Source: Acidimicrobiales bacterium
GTDB lineage: Bacteria; Actinomycetota; Acidimicrobiia; Acidimicrobiales; QHCF01
Reading direction: 5' to 3'
Length of the DNA: 64,000 bases
Assembly: GCA_039583615.1 (NCBI GenBank)
Contig: JAVKSQ010000002.1
Span: forward strand, 32,346 to 96,345
A program made the translations under genes and the position numbers. This document shows, piece by piece, positions 22,639 through 30,942 of the stretch. How positions within the stretch are numbered: the stretch's first letter is position 1; every line of letters begins with the position of its first letter. The notes under the pieces are model-generated. The model saw only the letters and a program-made list of their open reading frames with translations, was not told the origin of the DNA and made no database searches.

Positions 22639-23367
22639 TCAGCCCGCTGGCCCGACGGCCCACACTGGGTGTATCTCCATCCACCCGTGGTCGGCATCGA
22701 GCACGTAGGGGCCGGTAACGCTGACCGTTGCCCCCACGGGCGGGGCCGCCACGTCGGCGCCGGTGCAGGTGCCGTAGGCGTAGCTGCCGTGAGCCGGCCG
22801 GGCGGGGGTGCCGGGAACGCAGCCGGGGGCGTCGGCGGGCACGATCTCGGTCACCAGCTCACCATGCTGGCGGTCCAGGTTGGCCTGGTCCAACAGCCCT
22901 GACTCGCCGGGGGTGACAACCAGGTCGACGTGGGTGTCACCGTCGTCCTCGCGGCGGACGAAGGCGACCGTGCCGGTGACCGTGAGGCACCGGTTGCGGA
23001 CCTGGAGGCGGTCCGAGTGGTACACGTTGGCCAACGGGTCACCGCTCCGACAGGAGCGGGCGGCGGTCCGGCCCGGGCCCGGCGGGCCAGTGGCGGCGGT
23101 CGTCACCGTCGAGGTGGTCGCCAGTCCCCCGCCGGGCGGGCGTGGGACTCTGGCGCCCGAGTAGGTGGGGGCGCTGGTTGTGCTCGGGCCCGTTCGGGAG
23201 GAAGCCGCCTGGCCGGCACCGGCTCCGTGCTGGCAGGCGGGCACGAGCACGCAAGCCGACAGGGCGGGGGCGACGAGCGCCAGCCGGCCTCTGCCGGCGC
23301 AGCCGGGCCGGCTAGCGGCTGAGCGCGGCAGGGCTCGACCTGACCAGGAACGCCCGGTCGGTGTCAC
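22639..23367 (-). CDS. Putative secreted lipoprotein of unknown function
   Basis: Lipobox-like LVPAC, a P/T-rich linker, then a domain with DGDTH and HGWMEIHPV. Confidence 0.65.
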   Translation of the reverse strand: MTPTGRSWSGRALPRSAASRPGCAGRGRLALVAPALSACVLVPACQHGAGAGQAASSRTGPSTTSAPTYSGARVPRPPGGGLATTSTVTTAATGPPGPGRTAARSCRSGDPLANVYHSDRLQVRNRCLTVTGTVAFVRREDDGDTHVDLVVTPGESGLLDQANLDRQHGELVTEIVPADAPGCVPGTPARPAHGSYAYGTCTGADVAAPPVGATVSVTGPYVLDADHGWMEIHPVWAVGPAG

Positions 23368-23478
23368 GGCCGCCGCCCGGGCGGCATCAGCTCTCCCTCA
23401 TCGGCCCGGGTGGCTGCGGCCAAGGCGAGGATGCAGGAGATGGCGTCGTTCATCCCGCCTGGTGCCCGTCCCCGGGCG

Positions 23479-24513
23479 TCATGGCGACAGGGGCCGGTGC
23501 AGCGACGAGCGCCCTGCCCGCCAGGCGTCGAGAAGGTGACGCGAAAAGAGCCCCTCGGTAGCCATGATGGCCCGTGCACCGAAGGCGATGTCGCCGGAGA
23601 TGGCCGGCTCGGCCCGGGCCAGGCCACCGGCCAGAGCCTGGGTGGCCAGCACCTGGTGCTCGGCATCGGCGCTCACATGGACGTCGTAGAAGCGAGTCGC
23701 CTCCGGACCCAGCCCCAGGCGGCGCAGTCCGTCTCCATAGGCGGTATTGGGCCCCACCGAGGCCATCTCGAAGATGGCCAGGTGGCCGACCAGCGCCCCC
23801 CGCCAGCGCCGGTGGACGCCCAGCAGAGAGATCAGGTTGACCGTGGCCAGGGTCACCCCCGGGATCTGCCCCAGGTACCTGCCATACCTCGGATCGAGGC
23901 CAAGGGCGACGAGGGTGTCGGCGAACAGTGAGGAGTGCATGTCGCACCTGGCTCCCTGCCCGTACTCGTCGAACTGGATGGCCACCAGCGCCGCCTTGGG
24001 CTGGCCGCTCAGGCGGGGAAGGGCCCAGCTGTGCGGGTCCGCCTCCTTCAGCTGGTAGGCCGAGCGGTGCACGGCGAGCTCCCGGAACTGCTCGATGGTC
24101 CCCACCCCCCCGAGGTGGCCCGAGAGAGAGGGCCCGCTGCCCACGGAGAGGATGTGTGCCAGGTGCTCCTCTACGTCGGCGCAGGGCACCGGCGGCCCGA
24201 CCTCGTCGAACAAGGCCTCGACGAAGCGATCCTCGAGGGCCCGGCGCAGAGCCAGCAGCGACGGCTCCCACTCCCAGCGGGGGTCGACGCCCGACCATCC
24301 CCGGTAGTGCAGCTCGTAGCAGAGGTAGAGGGCCAGGGCGGTGTCCTCACCTGACAGACCGTCATCGGGGGCGGCCGGTACCGCGGCCAGCTCGCGGGGC
24401 GACTGGGGCAGCACCCCGAGCAGGAAACCGCTCACCTCGCCCCTCGCCTCTGGCAGAGCCGGCTCCTCGTCAGTGGCTGACCACCGCGCCGCATCGGCGC
24501 CCGTGATCGCCAT
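23479..24513 (-). CDS. Heme-oxygenase-like diiron (iron-containing redox enzyme) family protein
   Basis: YLCYELHYRG, QLKEADPH, DEYGQG...H, HLAIFEM and FYDVHVSADAEH ligand pattern. Confidence 0.85.
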   Translation of the reverse strand: MAITGADAARWSATDEEPALPEARGEVSGFLLGVLPQSPRELAAVPAAPDDGLSGEDTALALYLCYELHYRGWSGVDPRWEWEPSLLALRRALEDRFVEALFDEVGPPVPCADVEEHLAHILSVGSGPSLSGHLGGVGTIEQFRELAVHRSAYQLKEADPHSWALPRLSGQPKAALVAIQFDEYGQGARCDMHSSLFADTLVALGLDPRYGRYLGQIPGVTLATVNLISLLGVHRRWRGALVGHLAIFEMASVGPNTAYGDGLRRLGLGPEATRFYDVHVSADAEHQVLATQALAGGLARAEPAISGDIAFGARAIMATEGLFSRHLLDAWRAGRSSLHRPLSP

Positions 24514-24638
24514 GGGGCCGATCCTACCCAGCCCGGCTCCAACTCACTGGTCCGGCCGGACAGGAGCGGTCACGTCGTGGGTCCGGAGTGGAGGTCGACC
24601 GCCTGCCGGCCACACCGAGCCTGCTCTAACATCCCACG

Positions 24639-24908
24639 ATGGGCGACCCGCGGGCGGCGCATGGCTGGTCCGCATCCCCCGAACCCCGGGTGGTGGGCAC
24701 CCTGGTTGGCACCTACCTCAGCGCCGAAGCTACCGGGCCGCCACGGGCGGTGCACCGGGCCCGCGCCGTGCCGGGCCGGGGGCTGGAGGGCGACCGGCTC
24801 ACCGGGCAGCCAGCCAAGGCCGCCGTGGTCGGGCGGGGCGGCTTGCGCGCCAGCATCCGCACCGCCGGCATCTTGAGGACCGGAGACCCGCTGGTCCTGT
24901 TGTCGTGA
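24639..24908 (+). pseudogene. Internally deleted MOSC-like remnant or mini-protein
   Basis: N-terminal AVPGRGLEGDR is joined almost directly to C-terminal GRGGLRASIRTAGILRTGD; no Cys. Confidence 0.5.
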
Positions 24909-25603
24909 CCCCGGCACCGAGGGGCCGGGTGGTGCTGGTCCGCCACGGGGAGACCGACTGGAGTCGAGCCCGCCGTCACACCGGGCGGACGGACGTGCAC
25001 CTGAGCGATCTCGGACGTCACCAGGGTGACCTGCTGAGCGAGCGCCTGGGCGCCCGGCGCTTTGCCAAGGTGCTGACCAGCCCCCTGTCCCGAGCCGTCG
25101 AGACCTGCGAGCTGGCCGGTCTGGCCCAGGGCGCCCAGAGGCTCGACGATCTCCGGGAGTGGGACTACGGCGCCTACGAGGGCCTGACCACCGACGAGGT
25201 ACGGGCCCAACGACCGCAGTGGTCGCTCTGGGACGGCGGGGTGCCCGAGGGCGAGACGCTGGCCGATGTCGCGGCCCGAGCCGACCGGGTGCTGACCCGC
25301 CTCCGGCGGGCCGGCGACGCCCCGGCCGGCGACGCCCCGACCGGCGACGCCCCGACCGGCGACGCCCCGGCCGGCGACGCCCCGGCCACAGACGTGGCGG
25401 TGTTCGGCCACGGCCACCAGCTACGGGTGCTGGCCGCCCGCTGGATCGGTCTCGACCCGGTCGTCGGCCGCCACCTGGCGCTGTACGCCGGCTCCATCAG
25501 CACCCTGGGCTGGGAGCACGAGACCCCGGTGCTGGTCACCTGGAACGACGTGGCTCACCTGAGCGCCCTTCGCTCGGAGCCCAGGCCCCGGGCTGGCGGT
25601 TGA
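24905..25603 (+). CDS. Histidine phosphatase family protein
   Basis: LVRHGETDWS, TSPLSRA, EWDYGAYEG and FGHGH. Confidence 0.93.
   Translation: MTPAPRGRVVLVRHGETDWSRARRHTGRTDVHLSDLGRHQGDLLSERLGARRFAKVLTSPLSRAVETCELAGLAQGAQRLDDLREWDYGAYEGLTTDEVRAQRPQWSLWDGGVPEGETLADVAARADRVLTRLRRAGDAPAGDAPTGDAPTGDAPAGDAPATDVAVFGHGHQLRVLAARWIGLDPVVGRHLALYAGSISTLGWEHETPVLVTWNDVAHLSALRSEPRPRAGG
25310..25384 (+). repeat. 15-bp tandem repeat x5 (RCCGGCGACGCCCCG)
   Basis: Directly visible; encodes AGDAP/TGDAP inside the phosphatase. Confidence 0.95.
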
Positions 25604-26669
25604 CCGGTCGCCGGGGGGCGATGACCACGCCTTCCAGGTGGCGCCGCGGCCCGCTCCATGGCGCCGGAGGGGCTATCACCCGGTCGGCCAGGTGGTAGAT
25701 GATGGCCTCGTAGTTGACCCGCCAGCCCCGAAAGTGCGGCCATGCCTGCTCGGGCCCCCTCTCCATGGCAAAGCCGGTGGAGCCCAGGCGGCGCAACGCC
25801 TCCACGAACTCGTCGTAGGGGAGGTCGATCGGCTGGTCGGGGGTGGGGTCGGGGTCAAAGGTCAGGCCGAGGATGCCGGCGATGCTGCGCAGGCAGCTGA
25901 ATCCCATCCGCAGGCACAGCCGGGCGTCCGACGGCGCCGCCTGCGGGCTCACGGCCAGGTACATGGCGGCCGAGTCCAGGACCGCCAGCAGGCTCACCAC
26001 CCACGAGTAGTAGGGCTTGGGCGAGCGGAACCACAACAGGACCGGGTAGGTCGTGTGGCTCTCGGACACCTCGGCCGCCCAGCGCTCCCAGTCGGCATAA
26101 AGCGCCGGCAGCTTGTCCACGATGCCGACCAGCTGGTGGCGGATCAGCAGCTCGGGTCCCCAGGCCGGCACGCCGGCCCGGCTCTCCATCATGGTCACCA
26201 GCGCCTCCCGCCGGTTGAAGGCGCCGTACAGGGTGGGCAGGTAGGCGATCTGGAGAGCCACCACCACCAACCCGGTGGCGGCCGCCACGTAGTCGACTGT
26301 CGACAGCACGCCGTGGCCGCCGGCGAATCCCAGGGTGAACACCGAGGACCCGGCCTCCCGCAGGTCGGCGCCGAACGGGCCGAACGGCCAGAGCACCAGC
26401 GCATAGCCCACCACCGCCCGTACCAGCCAGGAGACCAGCAGCACCAGCACGGCCAGGGGGGCAGCGGCCGACAGCAGCCGGTCCTTGACCTCGAAGCGGG
26501 GCGACCACCGGCTGGCGGCCACGAACGCCCGCCAGGTCACGCGGACGGCCCGGCTGGAGCGCCCCCGTCCGGGTGCCCGCGGCAGCACCAGGCTGCGGAA
26601 GACGTCAGCAAAGGTCCCGCCCAGCACGGCCAGCCCGGCGGCGAAACCGACCCAATGCAGCACTGTCAC
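25536..26669 (-). CDS. Membrane protein resembling 2TM/pore ion-channel-like family
   Basis: TM helices, pore-like SVFTLGF, then IAYLPTLYGAFNRRE and ESHTTYPVLLWFRS. Confidence 0.65.
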   Translation of the reverse strand: MTVLHWVGFAAGLAVLGGTFADVFRSLVLPRAPGRGRSSRAVRVTWRAFVAASRWSPRFEVKDRLLSAAAPLAVLVLLVSWLVRAVVGYALVLWPFGPFGADLREAGSSVFTLGFAGGHGVLSTVDYVAAATGLVVVALQIAYLPTLYGAFNRREALVTMMESRAGVPAWGPELLIRHQLVGIVDKLPALYADWERWAAEVSESHTTYPVLLWFRSPKPYYSWVVSLLAVLDSAAMYLAVSPQAAPSDARLCLRMGFSCLRSIAGILGLTFDPDPTPDQPIDLPYDEFVEALRRLGSTGFAMERGPEQAWPHFRGWRVNYEAIIYHLADRVIAPPAPWSGPRRHLEGVVIAPRRPVNRQPGAWAPSEGRSGEPRRSR

Positions 26670-26703
26670 ATGGGTAGGGTGCCACGAAAAAAGGAGCCGT
26701 CCC

Positions 26704-28185
26704 ATGACCACTCTCACCCCCAGTCCCGCTCTGTCCGAGCCGGCGGTGCTCGCTCGGGTGCCCAAGGAGCTTCTCATCGCCGGGCGGTGGCGCCCGGCCG
26801 AGGGCCGCAGGACCCTTCCGGTGGAGGACCCGGCCACTGGTGAGACCATCGCCGAGGTGGCCGACGCCTCTCCCGGCGATGCCATGGCGGCGCTGGACGC
26901 GGCAGTGTCGGCCCAGCCGGCGTGGGCGGCCAAGCCTCCCCGGGAACGGGGGGAGATCCTGCGGCGTGCCTACCAGGCGATCGTCGAGCGGACCGACGAG
27001 CTGGCCCTGCTCATGACCCTGGAGATGGGCAAGCCGCTGGCCGAGTCCCGGGCCGAGGTGGCCTACGGGGCGGACTTCTTCGCATGGTTCGCGGGGGAGG
27101 CGCTGCGGGTGGGGGGCCGGTACTCGGCCGCCCCCGACGGGTCCAGCCGGATGCTCACCATGCGCCAGCCGGTCGGCCCCGCCCTGCTGATCACGCCGTG
27201 GAACTTCCCCCTGGCCATGGCCACCCGCAAGATCGGCCCGGCGGTAGCCGCCGGGTGCACCATGGTCCTCAAGCCCGCCCAGCAGACCCCGCTGTGCAGC
27301 CTGGCGGTGGCCCAGGTGCTGATGGATGCCGGCCTGCCTCCCGGCGTCCTCAACCTGGTGACCGCCTCGTCGGCGGGCGAGGTGATGGGCCCGCTCATCT
27401 CCGACGGCCGGGCTCGCAAGCTCTCCTTCACCGGCTCCACGCCGGTGGGCAGGTCGCTGGTCGCCTCCTCGGCGCAGCGCCTGCTGCGGGTGTCCATGGA
27501 GCTGGGTGGCAACGCCCCCTTCCTGGTCTTCGCCGACGCCGACCTGGATGGGGCGGTCGAGGGCGCCCTGGCCGCCAAGATGCGCAACATGGGGGAGGCC
27601 TGCACCGCGGCCAACCGCTTCTGTGTGGCCGAGCCGGTGGCCGCCGAGTTCACCGCCCGGCTGGCCGAGCGCATGGGCGCCCTGAAGGTGGGGCGGGGCA
27701 CCGATGCCGGCGTCGAGGTCGGCCCGCTCATCGACCGGCGGGCGACGGACAAGGTGGCCGAGCTGGTGGGAGACGCTCGGGACCATGGCGCTCAGGTGGT
27801 GGTGGGCGGTGAGGCGGGGGCGGGACCGGGCCATTTTTGGGCCCCTACCGTGCTGGCCGGGGTGAGCGACGGGGCGCGGGTGCTGTCCGAGGAGATATTC
27901 GGCCCGGTGGCGCCGGTGAGCACCTTCTCGGACGAGGAAGAGGCCGTCGCCATGGCCAACCGGACCGAGATGGGATTGGTCGCCTACCTGTTCACCCGGG
28001 ACCTGGGGCGCGCCCTGCGGGTGGCCGAGGCGCTGGAGACGGGCATGGTCGGGCTGAACCGGGGGATGGTGTCCAACCCGGCCGCCCCGTTCGGCGGGAT
28101 CAAGCAGTCGGGGCTGGGCCGGGAGGGAGGGTCAGAGGGCATCCACGAGTACCTGGAGACCAAGTACGTGGCCGTGGCGCTCTGA
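26704..28185 (+). CDS. gabD: NAD(P)-dependent succinate-semialdehyde dehydrogenase
   Basis: ITPWNFP, FTGST, ELGGNAP, GEACTAAN and EEIFGP. Confidence 0.9.
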   Translation: MTTLTPSPALSEPAVLARVPKELLIAGRWRPAEGRRTLPVEDPATGETIAEVADASPGDAMAALDAAVSAQPAWAAKPPRERGEILRRAYQAIVERTDELALLMTLEMGKPLAESRAEVAYGADFFAWFAGEALRVGGRYSAAPDGSSRMLTMRQPVGPALLITPWNFPLAMATRKIGPAVAAGCTMVLKPAQQTPLCSLAVAQVLMDAGLPPGVLNLVTASSAGEVMGPLISDGRARKLSFTGSTPVGRSLVASSAQRLLRVSMELGGNAPFLVFADADLDGAVEGALAAKMRNMGEACTAANRFCVAEPVAAEFTARLAERMGALKVGRGTDAGVEVGPLIDRRATDKVAELVGDARDHGAQVVVGGEAGAGPGHFWAPTVLAGVSDGARVLSEEIFGPVAPVSTFSDEEEAVAMANRTEMGLVAYLFTRDLGRALRVAEALETGMVGLNRGMVSNPAAPFGGIKQSGLGREGGSEGIHEYLETKYVAVAL

Positions 28186-28216
28186 GAGGGCCCCTGCTGA
28201 GCAGCCAGCGGGGCGA

Positions 28217-28663
28217 TCAGGCCAGCGGGCTGACGGCGCTCGCTGTCCCCCGGGAGCGGGCGACCATGTCGGCCAGGGTGAACGAGCCGAGGTGCGAGCG
28301 CATGTGCTCGCCGACCTCCGACCACACCGCCAGCAGGATGCACTGGCCCTCGTGGTCGCAGGCCCCGTCCTGGTGGGGACGGCCGAAGTCGCCGGCCACG
28401 ATGGGCCCGTCGACCGCGCTCACGATCTCCGAGAGGGTGATCTCTCTGGGTGGGCGGGCCAGCACGTAGCCTCCCCCGACGCCGCGCTTGGAGCGGACCA
28501 GCCCGGCCCCCTTGAGGGCCAGCAGGATCTGCTCCAGGTAGGGCTGGGGCAGCCCGGTGCGCTCGGCAATGTCTCGCACCGACGTCGGCCCGCTCTCGGC
28601 CTGGTGAAGGGCCAGGGAGAGAAGCGCACGGCTGGCGTAGTCACCCCTCGTCGAGACCTTCAC
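28217..28663 (-). CDS. Rrf2 family regulator
   Basis: KVSTRGDYA, YLEQILLAL and SKRGVGGGYVLAR; only two Cys. Confidence 0.93.
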   Translation of the reverse strand: MKVSTRGDYASRALLSLALHQAESGPTSVRDIAERTGLPQPYLEQILLALKGAGLVRSKRGVGGGYVLARPPREITLSEIVSAVDGPIVAGDFGRPHQDGACDHEGQCILLAVWSEVGEHMRSHLGSFTLADMVARSRGTASAVSPLA

Positions 28664-28729
28664 GGTCCTATGGTACGGGCCGGGCCGGGGCGGTGAAGCC
28701 CCCAGAGATGCCGGGATACAGTGGCGAGG

Positions 28730-29857
28730 GTGCCTGCGGCCCTCATCGCTCACCATCCCACACCCACCCTGCCCGACTACGCCGGGGCTTGCCTGTCCGG
28801 GCTGGTCCCTGCCCTCCTGGGCCGACACAGCTCAGAGCCCCCCTCCTGGCTGCCCGAGGCAGCCCGCTCGGCCAGCCAGGTGGTCCTGCTGGTCCTGGAC
28901 GGCCTGGGCTGGGACCAGCTGACCGATCACCCTCAGCTGGCCCCCAACCTGTCCGGCCTGGACGGCGGACCCATCACCTCGGTGATCCCGACCACGACGG
29001 CCACCGCCCTGACCTCCATCACCACCGGGGCGGTCCCCGCCGACCACGGCGTGGTGGGCTACCGGGTCCGGGTGGAGGGGGACCAGGTCATGAACGTGCT
29101 CAAGTGGCGCACGCCAGCCGGCGACGCCCGGGAGTCGGTGCCCCCCGCCGACTTCCAGCCGATCCTGGCCTTCGGCGGCAGCGGGGCGACGGCGGTGACC
29201 CGGGCGGAGTTCGCCAAGACCGGCTTCACCACCGCCCATCTGGGCGGGGTCAAGCTGCGGGGCTGGCGGATGGCCTCCACTCTGGCGGTGGAGGTGGGCC
29301 GAGCGCTTCGGGCCGGGGAGCCGTTCGTCTACGCCTACTACGACGGGATGGACAAGGTGGCCCACGAGTGGGGGCTGGCCGAGCACTACCAGGCCGAGCT
29401 GGTGGCCACCGACCGCCTGGTCGGCGACGTCCTGGCCGCCTTGCCGGCGGGCACGGCCGCCGTGGTCACCTCTGACCACGGCCAGGTGGCGGTGGGGGAC
29501 GCCACTGTCGTCGTCGATCCCGACATCATGCAAGACGTCAGTCTGCTGTCGGGGGAGGGCCGGTTTCGCTGGCTGCACGCCCAGCCGGGCGCCCTCGACC
29601 GCCTCTTCGAGCGAGCTTCCAGTGCCTACCAGGACGTCGCCTGGGTGGTCACCCGCCACCAGATGGTGGCCGACGGTTGGTTCGGGGGCCCGCTGTCGGC
29701 CGCGGTCGAGCGCCGGCTGGGAGACGTGGCCCTGGTGCCGTATGCGCCGATCGCCTTCCACGACCCAGCCGACACGGGCGAGATGCGCCTGGTCAGCCGG
29801 CATGGCTCCCTGACCGACGCCGAGATGCGGATCCCCCTGCTGGCCGGTCAGGCATAA
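28730..29857 (+). CDS. Alkaline phosphatase superfamily (nucleotide pyrophosphatase/phosphodiesterase-like)
   Basis: LDGLG, PTTTATAL, DKVAH, TSDHG and RHGSLT. Confidence 0.88.
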   Translation: MPAALIAHHPTPTLPDYAGACLSGLVPALLGRHSSEPPSWLPEAARSASQVVLLVLDGLGWDQLTDHPQLAPNLSGLDGGPITSVIPTTTATALTSITTGAVPADHGVVGYRVRVEGDQVMNVLKWRTPAGDARESVPPADFQPILAFGGSGATAVTRAEFAKTGFTTAHLGGVKLRGWRMASTLAVEVGRALRAGEPFVYAYYDGMDKVAHEWGLAEHYQAELVATDRLVGDVLAALPAGTAAVVTSDHGQVAVGDATVVVDPDIMQDVSLLSGEGRFRWLHAQPGALDRLFERASSAYQDVAWVVTRHQMVADGWFGGPLSAAVERRLGDVALVPYAPIAFHDPADTGEMRLVSRHGSLTDAEMRIPLLAGQA

Positions 29858-29885
29858 GGCAGCCCCGACGGGGCAGGATAGGGGG

Positions 29886-30359
29886 ATGGCCCAAGAGACG
29901 TCTGATCGCCCGGTCATCGTCGTCCCACCCTCGGCTGCCGGCAAGGACGACGAGGCCTCCTCCGCAGAGTCGATCGAGCAGCCGGCCAAGGTGCTGCGCA
30001 TCGGATCGATGACCAAGCAGCTCCTCGACGAGGTGCGTCAGGCCCCCTTGGACGAGGCCAGCCGGTCCCGGCTGCGAGAGATCTACGAGACCTCGGTGCG
30101 GGAGCTCACCAGCGGCCTGTCCCCAGACCTGGCCGCCGAGCTGGACCGCGTCGCCCTTCCCTTCGACAGCGCCACTCCGAGCGAGTCGGAGCTGAGAGTG
30201 GCCCAGGCCCAGCTGGTCGGCTGGCTGGAGGGCCTCTTCCACGGGATCCAGGCCGCCCTCTTCGCCCAGCAGGCCAGCGCCCGCAGCCAGCTGGAAGAGA
30301 TGCGGCGTCGAGGTTTGCCCTCCGGCGAGGAGTCGGCCCGGCCGGGCAACTACCTCTAG
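29886..30359 (+). CDS. bpa: Bacterial proteasome activator Bpa/PafE
   Basis: PAKVLRIGSM and ELRVAQAQLVGWLEGLFHGIQ; C-terminal GNYL. Confidence 0.93.
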   Translation: MAQETSDRPVIVVPPSAAGKDDEASSAESIEQPAKVLRIGSMTKQLLDEVRQAPLDEASRSRLREIYETSVRELTSGLSPDLAAELDRVALPFDSATPSESELRVAQAQLVGWLEGLFHGIQAALFAQQASARSQLEEMRRRGLPSGEESARPGNYL

Positions 30360-30398
30360 ACGCGTCCCGCAGGAAGCTCCCGACCAAGGAGGGTAACC

Positions 30399-30758
30399 AT
30401 GCCTCGTCTCGTCGTCCCCCTGGCCCGTGTGGCCCTGGCCCCCATCTTCGTGGTGGGAGGCCTCGACTCATTGCTGGCGCCCGCCCCCAAGTCGCCCAAG
30501 GTGGAAGCGGTCGGCATCCCCAAGGCAGAGGTGGCCGTCCGGGCCAATGGGGCGGTCATGGTCGTGGCTGGGCTGGCGCTGGCCACCGGCCGCCTGCCCA
30601 GGCTGGCAGCCGCCGGCCTCATGGTCTCGCTGGTGCCGACCACGGTGGTCGGCCACGCCTTCTGGGCCGAGGACACCAGCGAGGGTCGCAAGGCCCAGCT
30701 CCTCCAGTTCTGCAAGAACCTGGGTGTGCTGGGTGGTCTGCTCCTAGCCCTGCGCTGA
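30399..30758 (+). CDS. DoxX family membrane protein
   Basis: LVPTTVVGHAFW and FCKNLGVLGGLL. Confidence 0.9.
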   Translation: MPRLVVPLARVALAPIFVVGGLDSLLAPAPKSPKVEAVGIPKAEVAVRANGAVMVVAGLALATGRLPRLAAAGLMVSLVPTTVVGHAFWAEDTSEGRKAQLLQFCKNLGVLGGLLLALR

Positions 30759-30880
30759 CTCGGTTGCGCTGGCTCGGGGTCCGCTGGTTGTCGTCCCGTT
30801 GTCGTTCCCGGCCAGCCCTCGCTGGGCCACCACGCTGCCCCCGGCGGGCGGTGTAAGGTCCTAACCACACCGGTGGGATT

Positions 30881-30901
30881 CCTTCCACAGGCTGTGGACG
30901 A
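30881..30901. promoter_or_regulatory. Paired inverted DnaA-box-like sites upstream of dnaE
   Basis: CCTTCCACA-GGC-TGTGGACGA; the reverse box TCGTCCACA is one mismatch from TTGTCCACA. Confidence 0.55.
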
Positions 30902-30942
30902 CGGAGCCCGGTAGTTGGGCCCAGGCATGAGGGGAGGCGCAG

